From assembly GCA_963805625.1 (NCBI GenBank), contig CAWDVE010000013.1, positions 128,001 through 192,000 on the forward strand: a DNA stretch of 64,000 nucleotides, given 5' to 3'. This DNA comes from an uncultured Candidatus Rokubacteria bacterium. GTDB lineage: Bacteria; Methylomirabilota; Methylomirabilia; Rokubacteriales; DASRDR01. Of this stretch, positions 27,640 through 38,838 are shown piece by piece (the first letter of the stretch is position 1; each line of letters begins with the position of its first letter). The translations under genes were made by a program, and so were the position numbers. Under the pieces are notes generated by a model. The model was not told where the DNA came from. It saw only the letters and a list, made by a program, of their open reading frames with translations, and searched no databases.

Positions 27640-30600
27640 GTGACCTGCTCGGACTGCGGCCAGGCAAATCCGGAGGCCGCCCAGTTCTGCGGTGGCTGCG
27701 GCGCGCGGCTCGCCGCGGTCTGCCCAGCGTGCCAGACGTCCAACCCGCCCGGTAACCGATTCTGTCACCAGTGCGGCGGGCCGCTCGCGTCGAAGGCAGC
27801 AGCCGAGCACACGGCCCCCGCCGATCAGTTCGCCTCACCGAGCGCCTACACGCCGAAGCACCTGGCCGAGAAGATCCTCACCACCGCCGGCGCGCTCAAG
27901 GGCGAGCGCAAGCAGGTGACGGTGCTCTTCGTGGACATCTCCGGGTTCACGTCCCTCTCCGGCCGGCCTCGACCCCGAGGAAGTCCATCGGCTCATGAGC
28001 CGGGCCTTCGATCTCATGCTGGCCGAGGTGCACCGCTACGAGGGCACCGTCAACCAGTTCCTCGGTGATGGCATCATGGCGCTCTTCGGGGCGCCCATCG
28101 CGCACGAGGACCACGCGCGCCGGGCCGTCCACGCCGCGCTCGGCATCGCCCGCGCGCTCGACGCCTACCAGGCCGAGCTGCGGCCGCGCGGCATCACCTT
28201 CCGCGCCCGCCAGGGCCTCAATACCGGCCTCGTGGTGGTGGGCAGCATCGGCAGCGACCTGCGCATGGACTACACCGCGGTCGGCGATACCACCAACGTG
28301 GCGGCACGCATGCAGCAGGTGGGCGAGCCGGGACGGGTGACGATCTCGGAGGCGACCCACCGGCTCGTGCACGACTACTTCGAGACGCGCGCGCTGGGCG
28401 AGAAGGATCTGAAGGGCAAGGCCGAGCCGGTACGGGTCTGGGAAGTGGTGGCCGCCCGCGAGACGCGCACGCGACTCGACGTGCTCGCGGAGCACGGGCT
28501 CACGCCGCTGGTGGGGCGCGAGCGTGAGCTGGGCCAGCTGCTCGACGCCTTCGTCCGCGCCCAGTCCGGCGAGGGCCAGGTGGTATTCGTCGTCGGCGAG
28601 CCGGGCATCGGGAAGTCGCGGCTGCTTCTCGAGCTGCACCGCCGGATCGACGGCGCCTCCGCCTGGCACGAAGGCCATTGCCTCTCGTTCGGGAAGGCCA
28701 TGGCCTTTCATCCGCTGGTCGACCTGATCCGGCGCTGGTTCGGCGTCGAGGAGAGCGACGGCGAAGCGGCCATCGCCGCGAAGCTCGAGCGAGAGGTCGC
28801 GGAGCTCGGCGCCGACCTCGGGCCCATCACGCCGTACCTCCGGTCCTTACTGTCCGTCGACCCAGGCAATGACGGCGTACGAGCCATGAGCCCTGCAGAG
28901 CGCCGCGGCGAGATCTTCGAGGCCCTTCGGCGCCTTCTCGTCCACGCCGCCGAGCGTCGATCCCAGATCCTGGTCATCGAGGATCTGCACTGGATCGACA
29001 GCGCGAGCGAGCAGTTCCTCGCGACGCTGGTGGACAGCGTACCGGCGGTCCGGGTGGTTCTCGTCTTCACCTATCGGCCGGGATACTCGAATCCGTTCGG
29101 CGATCGCAGCTACTTCACCCGCATCGTCCCCGCGCCGCTGTCGGCCGACGACAGCGCACGCATGGCGGCGGCCGTCCTCGACACCGAAGTCCTGCCCGAC
29201 GGGCTGCGCGCGCTGGTCGCGACCAAGGCCGAGGGCAATCCGTTCTACGTCGAGGAGCTGGTCAAGTCACTGGAGGAAGGCGGCGCCCTGCGGCGGGCGA
29301 ACGGCCGGCTCGACCTGGCCCGACCGGTGGCCGAGATCGACATTCCCACCACCATCCAGGACGTGATCGCCGCGCGCATCGACCGGCTGCCGGAGGCGCC
29401 CAAGCGGACGCTCCAGCTCGCGTCGGTGATCGGACGGGAGTTCACCCGGCGCCTCGTGGACCGCCTCGCCGGGATCCGGGAGAGGACCGAGGACTTCCTC
29501 CGCGAGCTCACCGCGCTCGAGCTGATCCACGAGCGCCGGCGCTTCCCCGAGCTGGCGTACATGTTCAAGCACGCGTTGACCCAGGACGTGACCTACGCCT
29601 CCCTCCTCGTGCAGCGACGCATGGAGCTCCACGGACTCATCGGGCGGGCCATCGAGGAGCTGTACGCGGATCGACTCCCCGAGCACTTCGAGATGCTCGC
29701 CCACCACTTCTCGCGTGCCGAGAACTGGGAGCGTGCGCTCGACTACCTGCTCAAGGCCGCCGGGAAGGCGACCCAGGCGTTCGGCCTGCGCCAGGCCCTC
29801 GAGCTGTACACCGAGGCGCTCGTGGTTGCGGACCGGTGGCGCGAGCCGGTGCCCGCGGCCACGCTCATGGCGATTCATCGCGCGCGCGCCGAACTCTTCT
29901 TCGGCGTCGGCGACTTCGTCCGGTCGCGCGAGGCGGCCGAGGCCCTGCTGGACCTCGCCCGCCGGATCGGAGATCGCGCGGCGGAGGCGGGCGCCTTGGT
30001 GCAGATCGCCTCGGCTCTGCAGTGGGCCGAGGACTTCCCGCCCGCGTTCGAGCGTGTGCAAGAGGCGATCGAGATCGCCGAAGCCGTCGGAGCTCAGGCG
30101 CCCTTGGGCTTCGCCTTGTACACCCGCGGCTATCTGCATGCCCTCAACGCGCGACTCGATGCCGCCGAGGCCGACGTCAGCCGCGCGCTGGAGATCGGGC
30201 GGGCGGTCGGCGATCCCAATCGCCAGGCGCTGGCCTTGCATTTCCTCGCGCTGCGCCGGAGCTGGCAAGGGGAGTACCGGCCCAGTCTCGAGCGCGGAGA
30301 CGAGGGAGTCCGGATCGCACGGGAGCATCGCCTCGTCATTCCGCTGCTCCGATGCCTGTGGAATCAGGGATTGGCATACAACGATCTGGGGGACTATGAC
30401 CGGGCACTGGCGGCCCTCGACGAGGGGCTGGCGCTCGCGGAGAAGATCGGCGACGACGCCTACATCCCGCGGTTCCTCAACACGGTCGGCTGGCTGCGCA
30501 TCGAGTGCGGTGACTATGCGAGGGGTGTCGAGCTGTCGCAGCAATCATACGAGGTCACGGAGCGCTCTTCCCGGGCCGGACACGGCACCGGCGCCGAACG

Positions 30601-31168
30601 CCGCGCGTTCATTCGCAACAATCAGGCCGAGGCCTGGATGGCGCAGGGGGATCTCCCCGCGGCAGCCGAGGCCCTGGACGAGGCGCATCACGTTGTCTCC
30701 CATCCGCCGCCATCGCGCTGGATGACCTGGCGGTACTCGACGCACTGCTACGCGAGCCTGGGCCAGCTCGCGCTCCTCCAGGGTGATCCCGAGCGAGCCC
30801 GGCGGCTCGCCGACCAGAGCCTCGAGATCGGCGTGCCGACCCGGTCGCGGAAGTTCGAGGCCTGGGCGTGGCGTATCAAGGGGGAGAGCGCCACCGCCCG
30901 CCACGCCTGGGACGAGGCGGACGAAGCGCTGAGGCGCGCACTCGCGGTCGCGGAGGCGATCGGCCAGCCACGCCAGACCTGGCTGAGTCACGTCGCGCTC
31001 GGGCGCCTCAACGCGGCGCGAGGCCGGCGGGACGATGCGCTCGGGCGCTACCGCGAAGGCTGGGCTATCCTCGCCCGACTACGCACGGCGACCCGGGATC
31101 CCGGCCTCCGGGCGGGGCTCGAATCGTCGCCTCTCATTCGTGAAGTCGAGGATCTGGCCAGGAGGTGA
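27640..31168 (+). pseudogene. Double Zn-ribbon + class III adenylate/guanylate cyclase + STAND NTPase + TPR protein, single frameshift near 27967
   Basis: Four CxxC pairs, VLFVDISGFT, QFLGDG, GDTTNVAAR, GEPGIGKS, VIEDLHW; ORFs 27640-28068 and 27995-31168 join by removing one base (decay or sequence error). Confidence 0.8.
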
Positions 31169-31468
31169 CGCTGCCTGTCGAATTCGGCGTGCTGATTCCC
31201 GAGCGCACTCGTCCGTCCGCCTGAATCCACCATCCCCGCCGGGCAGTCCTCCCGCCGAACGTCATCATGCGGGCCCGACACCCCTCCCTCGCTGCCCTAT
31301 CTACAAAGAGACGACCTGGAAACCCGCGCCTTGAGCAACGGCACTACGCCCGCGCGGGCGAGCTCTCGCCCAGACGTACCCGGGCCCTCTCCGGCCGGGC
31401 GCCACGTCAGGCGTGGCACCCGCGGCCGCGGTAACGTCGGGGGCCCGGACCCGGAGTAGGATGTCCCC

Positions 31469-31903
31469 ATGCTGAAGGGCCTCGATCCTCTGCTCGGCCC
31501 CGACCTGCTTCACATCCTCGCGGCCATGGGCCACGGGGACGAGCTGGTGATCGCCGACGCCAACTTTCCCGCGACGAGCATCGCCCGGCGCCTCGTCCGG
31601 CTGGACGGCGTCGACGCGCCCCGCGCGCTTCGCGCCGTCCTCTCGGTCCTGCCGGTCGATACCTTCACGCCGACACCGGCCGCGGTGATGGCCGTCGTCG
31701 GCGACCCCGACGCGGTCCCGCCGCCGGTCCGGGCCTTCCAGCCCATCGTCGACGCCGCCGCTGGCCGACCCGTGCGCTTCGAGGTGCTGGAGCGCTTCGC
31801 CTTCTACGAGCGGGCGCGGGCTGCGTTCGCGGTGGTCGTCACTGGCGAACCCCGACCCTACGGCAATATTCTCGTGGTCAAGGGCGTCGTGTCCGCTGGC
31901 TGA
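31469..31903 (+). CDS. RbsD/FucU family sugar mutarotase
   Basis: MLKG, MGHGDELVIADANFP, RFAFYE, TGEPRPYGN, KGV. Confidence 0.92.
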   Translation: MLKGLDPLLGPDLLHILAAMGHGDELVIADANFPATSIARRLVRLDGVDAPRALRAVLSVLPVDTFTPTPAAVMAVVGDPDAVPPPVRAFQPIVDAAAGRPVRFEVLERFAFYERARAAFAVVVTGEPRPYGNILVVKGVVSAG

Positions 31904-32044
31904 GCCCCCCCGCCCGGCGCTCGAGCCCGCCCCGACGCGCCCGCTCTGCCGCACGGCGCGGGGCGACCGGCCCTCTACGGCACGCTCGATCTACCCGGAG
32001 AACCCTGCGGTCCTGCCGTGACGGACCTCTACCATGAACCGGAC

Positions 32045-32314
32045 TCAAGGCGCGTCGCTGACTCGCTCGTCGGCGTCGACACCCGTCGCGTGACGGCCGA
32101 GGACGTCGGACTCGGCTTCGAGCCAGTCCGAGAGTTCATCGCCCGACTCCGTCTCTCGCTCGAGATAGCGATAGTACGCTCGCAATCGGATCTCGTCCTC
32201 GAGCGACGGCAGCCGTCCAGCTTCGGGCGGAGTCACGACTGGCGCCTCGTCACCCCGCACCGCGGTCTCGATCGTTCGGTGTGGCGCGCTCCGCATCTTC
32301 ATACGCTTTGACAT
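32045..32314 (-). CDS. DUF2934 domain protein
   Basis: EIRLRAYYRY...DWLEAE. Confidence 0.75.
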   Translation of the reverse strand: MSKRMKMRSAPHRTIETAVRGDEAPVVTPPEAGRLPSLEDEIRLRAYYRYLERETESGDELSDWLEAESDVLGRHATGVDADERVSDAP

Positions 32315-32573
32315 CGTCTCCCTCGCTAGCCATCAACATGCGGTTCCCGCCCAACCTTCCGGCTATTCCTGCCGGGATCTGCGCGATGGTTCGCCCGCGT
32401 GCCCGCCATCGCCGCCGAGGGTGGTGGCCCGTCGCGCCGGGCGAGAGTCTTCCGGTCCAGGCCAATGTCAACCAACAGACCCTCGGTGAAGTGAGCCAGT
32501 GGCTCGCCGGCGTGCCCATCGTGCCTTCGAGGATCTCGATGGCCGCCGCCACCGCCCCCGCCGTCCCGGGCCT

Positions 32574-33059
32574 CTACGCCTTGCCCTGCGAGGCGAACCA
32601 GGCCTGAGCCCGCTTCCTCATCTCGTCGGGTGTGAGGTCCTCCTTGCGTGCCGCGAGGTTCCAGCGGTGCCCGGACGGGTCCTCGATCTCCGCGATACGA
32701 TCTCCCCAGAACATGTCGGTCAGAGGCATGGTGACCTTGGCACCCGCCCCCGTAGCACGTGCGAAGGCGGCATCTACATCGGCCACGTACAGGTACAGGC
32801 CGCCACTGTGTCCCTTGAGGCTCGCGGGAACCATGCACCCCCGTTCGGGACTCTCGTCACCCAGCATCAGCACCGAGTCCCCGATCCTGAGCTCGGCGTG
32901 CATGACGCGCTTGCCGTCCGGTCCCGGCAGCCGCATCCGCTCCTCGGCCCCGAGAGCGCGCCGGTAGAAGTCGATTGACTGAGCGACATCCTTCACGGTG
33001 ATGTACGGCGTCACGCTGTGGTACCCCTCCGGAACTCCCATCGTCCGCGTCTGGGTCAT
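32574..33059 (-). CDS. VOC/PhnB family protein
   Basis: PEGYHSVTPY, HAELRIGDS, DMFWGDR, DPSGHRW; AAGGAGG RBS. Confidence 0.9.
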   Translation of the reverse strand: MTQTRTMGVPEGYHSVTPYITVKDVAQSIDFYRRALGAEERMRLPGPDGKRVMHAELRIGDSVLMLGDESPERGCMVPASLKGHSGGLYLYVADVDAAFARATGAGAKVTMPLTDMFWGDRIAEIEDPSGHRWNLAARKEDLTPDEMRKRAQAWFASQGKA

Positions 33060-33122
33060 GCGGTCCTCCTTCCGTTCGAGCTGGGCGCCACGGAGCGGCC
33101 CCCTCGACCCTGGGACGAACGG

Positions 33123-33138
33123 GCAAGATGCATGCCAG
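33123..33138 (-). promoter_or_regulatory. Sigma54 (-24/-12) promoter candidate for the VOC gene
   Basis: Minus strand CTGGCATGCATCTTGC, exact GG-N10-GC spacing, about 65 nt upstream of ATG. Confidence 0.6.
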
Positions 33139-33415
33139 ACCTCCGCCTCAGCCTCTCCGCAAAGTCGGAGTGGGCGCCTTAGGCACCGGGCGGTCACATC
33201 TCCACGTCCGTTGCGGAGATGCGCTCGTGGATCCGCGCCGCGCGGGGCATGCACGCGCCGACATCCTGTCGAGGTCGCGCCAGCGTGACGCCTGCACCTC
33301 GTGACACGAGAACCATTGGCGGGTCAGGGGGAATCGCTGGTTTCAGCGAGCTCGGAGATAGGCCCATCTACCGGTCGTACAGGCCGGGACCCGCGGCCCT
33401 GGCCCGGCTCGCGGA

Positions 33416-34933
33416 CTACGCGTCGATCGCGGACGCCGGATCCGGCGCCACCGACACCCTGTTCTTGCCCGAGCGCTTGGCCGAGTACATGGCGGCGTCG
33501 GCCTGCCGGAACAAGCTTTCCGCGTCGGAGGCGTGAACCGGGAACGTCGCCACCCCGACGCTCGCCGTGACCCGCGAGAGATCGACGTCCTCGTTGTCGA
33601 GCCGCTCGCAGGCCTCGATCGCCTTCCGCACCGACTCCGCGAGACGGTGCGCCTCCTCCGTATCCGTGTCCGGGAGCACGATCACGAACTCGTCGCCGCC
33701 GAAGCGCGCGGGGACGTCTCCCGGTCGCGCGAGACGCCCGATCACGCGCCCGATCTGCGCGATGGAGCGCGAGCCGGCGAGATGGCCATAGCGATCGACC
33801 ACTGCCTTGAAGTTGTCGAGATCGAGGATCACCAGCGACACCGGGCGGCCTCGTGTCATGACGTCTGCTAGACTCCGATGGAAGTGTCGCGTGTTGCCGA
33901 GGCCCGTGAGGTCGTCGGTGATCGACGCGACGTATGCCTGGCGATAGAGCGACGCATTCTCGATCGCGATCGCGGCATGGTCGGCGAGAGTCTGGGCCAG
34001 CGACAGCTCCGCCTCCGTGAACGTCGAGTCGTCGACCTTGTTGAGGATCTGGATGACGCCGCGCAGCGTGTCCTTGCTGACCATCGGCACGCAGATCATG
34101 GTTCGCGGTGCGAGACCGGTCTGCTCCCCGACCCCCGCAAAGTGGCGCGGGTCACGCGCCACCTCGTCGAGCCGCACAGCCTGACGATTCCGGGCGACCC
34201 ACCCGGCAATGCCGCGGCTAGCGGGCAGCCGCATGCCGTCGATCACCCCCGATTCGATGGTGCGCGAGGCACGGAACACGAGCTCGTGACCGGCCGGATC
34301 CAGGAGCAGCAGAGCGGCCGCCGCGCTCGGCACCGTCCTCACCGCGCGCGCCAACAGGCCGCGCATGGCCTCGGCGTCGAGGCAGAGCGTCTCGGGATCG
34401 CAGTCCGCGCCGACCTCGAGCGCTAGCGATTCGAGCCGAAGTCGATCGCCGTCCTCGTAGTTCCCGCCTCCGTGGCGGTTGGCGACCTCCAGCACACCGA
34501 TCACGCGGCCGAGACGGACAAGCGGCACCGAGAGCAGGTTGCGCGTCGTGAAGTGCGTGACGCGGTCGATCTCCGGGTAGAATCGCGGGTCGCCCCGCAC
34601 GTCGTTGACCACGGCGCTCTCGCCGCTGCGCGCCACCCAGCTCGCGAGGCTCCTCGACGGCGGGAGCCGGAGGCCGACGATCGCGTTCTCGCGGAGCGTC
34701 TCGGTGGCGGCGAAGACGAGCTCGTCGCGCTCGGGGTCGTACAGCATGAGCGAGAGCGCCTCGGCCTGCGTGAGGCTCTTCATCCGGTCGAGGACGATGC
34801 GCAGGATCTCGGGGAGCTCGAGCGTCGACGTGAGTGTCCGGGTCAGCTCGACCACGGTGCGAAGCTCGCGGAGCTCCTGCTCGATGGTGTGCCCGCTCGC
34901 GGCTGCGGGCCTCTCTCGTTTCGGCGGCGTCAC
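33416..34933 (-). CDS. GAF-GAF-GGDEF diguanylate cyclase
   Basis: Two GAF repeats, TDDLTGL, DLDNFK, GH-G, RPGD I-site, RFGGDEF. Confidence 0.93.
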   Translation of the reverse strand: MTPPKRERPAAASGHTIEQELRELRTVVELTRTLTSTLELPEILRIVLDRMKSLTQAEALSLMLYDPERDELVFAATETLRENAIVGLRLPPSRSLASWVARSGESAVVNDVRGDPRFYPEIDRVTHFTTRNLLSVPLVRLGRVIGVLEVANRHGGGNYEDGDRLRLESLALEVGADCDPETLCLDAEAMRGLLARAVRTVPSAAAALLLLDPAGHELVFRASRTIESGVIDGMRLPASRGIAGWVARNRQAVRLDEVARDPRHFAGVGEQTGLAPRTMICVPMVSKDTLRGVIQILNKVDDSTFTEAELSLAQTLADHAAIAIENASLYRQAYVASITDDLTGLGNTRHFHRSLADVMTRGRPVSLVILDLDNFKAVVDRYGHLAGSRSIAQIGRVIGRLARPGDVPARFGGDEFVIVLPDTDTEEAHRLAESVRKAIEACERLDNEDVDLSRVTASVGVATFPVHASDAESLFRQADAAMYSAKRSGKNRVSVAPDPASAIDA

Positions 34934-35185
34934 GGGTCAGCTCCCCCGCCGCCGCACCGTCGCACCTCGATGGACTCCGTGACGACATCGAACCCGGCCA
35001 CCGCGGCCCGGCCGGACGTTGGCGGCAGCAGCGTGGTCAGCATCTTGATCGTCACGGTCTTGCCCGCCCCGTTGCGGCCCAGCAGGCCGAAGATCGAGCC
35101 AGCCGGAACTCGAAGGCTGAGTGCGTCGACGGCAGTCACCGACCCGAACCGCCGGGTCAAGTCGGCCGTTTCCACGGCAAAGAGA
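34930..35185 (-). pseudogene. Truncated ABC ATP-binding protein (DrrA-like), N-terminal ~75 aa only
   Basis: LTRRFG-AVD, GLLGRNGAGKT Walker A, PTSG; homology ends after VRR, with no signature or Walker B. Confidence 0.75.
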
Positions 35186-35273
35186 AGGACCCCTCCCGGC
35201 GACCCCGGCCCACCGCGATCGCTCGACTTCGTCTCGCCCGACCCATCCCGGCCGCCGAGCGCATCGGCCGGCA

Positions 35274-35471
35274 TCACGCGCCTCGTGGAATGCCCGTGCG
35301 CTGACCGTCAGCCCGAACCACCCATGTCCACCTTCCCGTCCCCGAGTCTGGCCGGTATGGCGGCGAGTACGGCGGCGCGTAGGCCGGATAGGCATACGGC
35401 GACACCACATAGCACCCCGGAGAGACCAGCAGCGAGACCACAGAAGGCATCGCGGTCAGGACCCGATTCAT
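35274..35471 (-). CDS. Small Pro/Tyr-rich putative lipoprotein (possibly decayed)
   Basis: Hydrophobic N-terminus, GCYVVSPYAYPAYAPPY; GAGGA upstream. Confidence 0.45.
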   Translation of the reverse strand: MNRVLTAMPSVVSLLVSPGCYVVSPYAYPAYAPPYSPPYRPDSGTGRWTWVVRADGQRTGIPRGA

Positions 35472-35616
35472 CGTCCAATCCTCTGGCAGCCCCTGGTGCA
35501 CCCTCTCACGGCTCGACGGGGCCGGCAAGGACCGAAGGAGTGGAGCCGCACTTCGAACTGTTGCTCCCTCCCCCGGGGACAGGACAGTCGGGGTCAGCCG
35601 AACACGAGGGTCGGCG

Positions 35617-36003
35617 TCAGCGATCTCCACCACGGTAGAGCGTGAGGCCCGGAACATCGCGGAAATCCCCGGGATTCAGCGTCCAGAGAAACGCCTCGTG
35701 GGCGAGCGCGCACGCGGCCACACCTAGGTCAAACTCGCGGCCCCGGGCACGGGGCACGGCGCGATAGAGCTGAGCCGCCCGCACCGCCTCGCGATGCCCG
35801 AAGAGAGCAGCCTGCCCGGCGGGGAACAGCTCCTCCTGATCGGCGAGCTCAGTCTCAACGCGGGGACCGCGCAGCCACTCGTAGAGGACCAGCGTCGAGA
35901 TCGCGACTCGCTCCCCCTGCTCGACGACACGACGGAGGGTGCGCGCGGAGCGCCTGGTACCGGCCAGCGCGTCCACGAGCACTGACGTGTCGAGATGTAT
36001 CAC
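35617..36003 (-). CDS. vapC: PIN domain (VapC) toxin
   Basis: HLDTSVLVD, LYEW, DLGVAA, LWTLNPGDF. Confidence 0.88.
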   Translation of the reverse strand: MIHLDTSVLVDALAGTRRSARTLRRVVEQGERVAISTLVLYEWLRGPRVETELADQEELFPAGQAALFGHREAVRAAQLYRAVPRARGREFDLGVAACALAHEAFLWTLNPGDFRDVPGLTLYRGGDR

Positions 36004-36290
36004 GGGATCTTCGCCACCCCGCGACGGGCTCCCCACCGCCGGCGCGCCGCGCGAATCTCTCTCAACTCGGCGTCCACCTCCGCCGCGGGCCGGGATGGCC
36101 GCCGGCGCATCGCGCGATCGAGGACGGCAAGCATGCGCTGCCGCTCACCTTCGCTGAGCCTATCCGCCCGGGCCGCATACTCTCCGATCGCTTCGCGCAC
36201 GACGCGGCTCTGCGGCTTCCTGACCTTCGTCGCAGTGCGGCGGAGCGTGTCGACCGTCGCCTCGTCGAGGGAGAACGTGACCTTGATCAT
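36000..36290 (-). CDS. Ribbon-helix-helix (CopG-like) antitoxin
   Basis: KVTFSLD...SRVVREAI RHH pattern; GTGA overlap with the toxin. Confidence 0.82.
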   Translation of the reverse strand: MIKVTFSLDEATVDTLRRTATKVRKPQSRVVREAIGEYAARADRLSEGERQRMLAVLDRAMRRRPSRPAAEVDAELREIRAARRRWGARRGVAKIP

Positions 36291-36297
36291 GTCGACA

Positions 36298-36318
36298 ATA
36301 CTACCATATGCGGTAGTA
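36298..36318 (-). promoter_or_regulatory. Extended -10 promoter overlapped by palindromic operator (leaderless transcript predicted)
   Basis: TG-G-TAGTAT lies 7 nt before ATG 36290; inverted repeat TACTACC-N6-GGTAGTA (36299-36318); no SD. Confidence 0.65.
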
Positions 36319-36484
36319 CCGTACTGACAGCCAGCCGTTGCGGGATCTCCGGCCAGCTCACAGCTCACCTGCCGATGGATGGGTGGCGGCTCACGTCGGA
36401 CTCTCTGGCAATTGGGTCGAGGTTGCGGCCACCGCGGGAATTCACGCCTCGTGGCCGACGGGTGCGCCTGTAACCCTCCCTCGT

Positions 36485-37705
36485 TCAGGCGGAGAGCCCG
36501 TCCGCGCCGCGGTACAGCCGGACCGGCAGCATCACCAGCACACCCACCGCCATGAAGCTGGCCGCCAAGGCGAACGCCGCGCCGTAGCCGTAGCGGTGGA
36601 CGAGCCATCCCGCCAGGATCGGCGACGGCAGCACGATCAGCTGGGTCAACGCCGTGCTCAGCCCCGACGCCGAGGATTGCGTGCGAGCGCCCGCCACGTC
36701 GAGCACGGCCGCGCTGGTGATGTTCACCAGCGTGTAGAAGAACATGCCGATGGCCAGGACCAGCAGTCCGAGAGGCCAGCCGGGAGCGACCCGCCCCAGC
36801 AAGAGATAGAAGACGGTCAGGAGCAGGAACGATGGCACGAGGACTGCCTTGCGCCCAACGCGGTCAGCCAGGACTCCCAGCACGGGCTGGGACACGGTGC
36901 CCATGCCATGAAGCAGCGCGACGTAGATCCCGAGCTCGAACGCGTCACGGCCAAGGCCGATCTGGATGTAGAGGGGGAAGAACGTGAGGATCACCTGCCG
37001 CGCCATCGCCATGAGGCCGTCGGCGAAGGACACGGCCAGGAACGCCGGGTTCATCAGGATCGTCCGCACGTCTCCCGCGAGGCTCCGCCCCGAAGGCCGC
37101 GCGGCCGGCTGGGTGAATTGTCTCGCCAGGCCGAGCCAGACGAGCACGGCCGCCACGATCCCCGCCAGGAGCTGCGCGTGGAGGAAGTCGCGCCAGAACA
37201 CGACCACGAGCAGCGCCCCAACTGCCAACGGTGTCAGCGTGTCGGAGACCGTGGCACCCATCCCGTGGATGGAGAGGGCCGTCGCCCGGCGCTCGGGAAA
37301 GCGCGCCGACAGGGCGCCCATGGCGGGCGGGTGCCACGCCGCGGTGCCGAGGCCGATCAAGGCCGCCCCGACCATGGCGCCGCCCAGGCCGGAAGCCGCC
37401 CCAAAGCAGAAGTACCCAAGACCCATGAAGAGGAGGGCCGACGCGAGGATGATGGCCCGGAATCGCGCAAAGGAATCCGCCAGGATACCGGCAGGCAGGT
37501 TCATGGTCCCGGAGGTCAGCTGGCGAGCCGACTGGAGGTAGCCGGTCTGGATCTCGTTGAGACCGAGGCCCTGGGTGACAGACGGGAGCACGACCGCGAA
37601 CATCGTCTGGAACCAGTGGATCGCCGTGTGCCCGCCCGTCACCAGCCAGAGGAAGACGAGGCGTTCCCGTCCCATGCCCCTGAGCGGGGCGAGGATCGCG
37701 TGCAC
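36485..37705 (-). CDS. MFS transporter (Fsr-like)
   Basis: Multiple TM helices, GILAD, WHPPA, GVLADRVGRK. Confidence 0.85.
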   Translation of the reverse strand: MHAILAPLRGMGRERLVFLWLVTGGHTAIHWFQTMFAVVLPSVTQGLGLNEIQTGYLQSARQLTSGTMNLPAGILADSFARFRAIILASALLFMGLGYFCFGAASGLGGAMVGAALIGLGTAAWHPPAMGALSARFPERRATALSIHGMGATVSDTLTPLAVGALLVVVFWRDFLHAQLLAGIVAAVLVWLGLARQFTQPAARPSGRSLAGDVRTILMNPAFLAVSFADGLMAMARQVILTFFPLYIQIGLGRDAFELGIYVALLHGMGTVSQPVLGVLADRVGRKAVLVPSFLLLTVFYLLLGRVAPGWPLGLLVLAIGMFFYTLVNITSAAVLDVAGARTQSSASGLSTALTQLIVLPSPILAGWLVHRYGYGAAFALAASFMAVGVLVMLPVRLYRGADGLSA

Positions 37706-37718
37706 CCGGGGCGCCCCG

Positions 37719-38819
37719 TCAGCCCTTCGAGACGGACGTCCCGGCGCGGATCACTTCCTGCCGGAGCGCGTGGTCGGCGAGGACGAGCGCGGCCATCGCC
37801 TCGACCATGGGCACGGCACGGGGGAGGACGCACGGATCGTGGCGACCACGCACCTGGAGCACCGTGTCCTCGTGGCGGACGTCCACGGTGTTCTGCGGGG
37901 ACATGATCGTCGCGGTCGGCTTGAAGGCGACGCGGAAATAGATCGTCTCCCCGTTCGAGATGCCGCCCTGAACGCCGCCGCTCCGGTTCGTCCGGGTGCG
38001 CACGCGGTCGCCGTCCATGTAGAACTCGTCGTTGTGCTCGCGCCCGGTGAGCTCGGTCCCGGCGAAGCCCGAGCCGATCTCGAATCCCTTGCTCGCCGGG
38101 AGGCTGAGCGCCGCCTTGGCGAGGTCCGCCTCCAGCCGGTCGAAGACGGGCTCGCCCCAGCCGGGCGGACATCGCCGGACGGCACAGGCCACCAGCCCGC
38201 CGAGCGAGTTCCCGTCCTTCCGGGCGGCCTCGACGGCCGCGATCATCCGCTCCGCAACGGCGGGATCGGGACAGCGGATCGGCGTCCGCTCGACGTCCTC
38301 CTGCGTCACGCGCTCCACGTCGCACTCGGTGGCGATCCGGCCGACCTTGGCCACCCAGGCGACGACCTCCACACCCCAGCGAGTGTGAAGCAGCTTCCGC
38401 GCGACGGCGCCCGCCGCGACGCGCGCGGCCGTCTCCCGCGCGCTCGTGCGTCCCCCTCCCCGCCAGTCCCGGACCCCGTACTTCGCGTCGTAGGTGTAGT
38501 CGGCGTGGCTCGGCCGGTACTTCTCCTGCATCTCCCGATAGTCCCCGGGGCGCATGTCCTCGTTCTCGATCTCGAGCGCGATCGGCGTCCCGAGCGTCAG
38601 ACCCTCGAACACGCCGCTCAGGATCCGGACGGTGTCGGACTCCTTCCGCTGGCTGGTGAGGAGGCTCTGCCCGGGCCGCCGCCGGTCGAGATCCGGCTGG
38701 ATGTCGGCCTCGCTCAGCGGCAGGCGCGGCGGACAGCCGTCGATCACCGCACCGGTCGCGGTGCCGTGGGACTCGCCCCACGTCGTCACCCGGAAGAGCT
38801 GGCCGAAGGTGTTGCCCAT
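37719..38819 (-). CDS. aroC: Chorismate synthase
   Basis: [41 protein letters not shown]. Confidence 0.97.
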   Translation of the reverse strand: MGNTFGQLFRVTTWGESHGTATGAVIDGCPPRLPLSEADIQPDLDRRRPGQSLLTSQRKESDTVRILSGVFEGLTLGTPIALEIENEDMRPGDYREMQEKYRPSHADYTYDAKYGVRDWRGGGRTSARETAARVAAGAVARKLLHTRWGVEVVAWVAKVGRIATECDVERVTQEDVERTPIRCPDPAVAERMIAAVEAARKDGNSLGGLVACAVRRCPPGWGEPVFDRLEADLAKAALSLPASKGFEIGSGFAGTELTGREHNDEFYMDGDRVRTRTNRSGGVQGGISNGETIYFRVAFKPTATIMSPQNTVDVRHEDTVLQVRGRHDPCVLPRAVPMVEAMAALVLADHALRQEVIRAGTSVSKG

Positions 38820-38838
38820 GAGTCGGCGCGCCGAGGGC

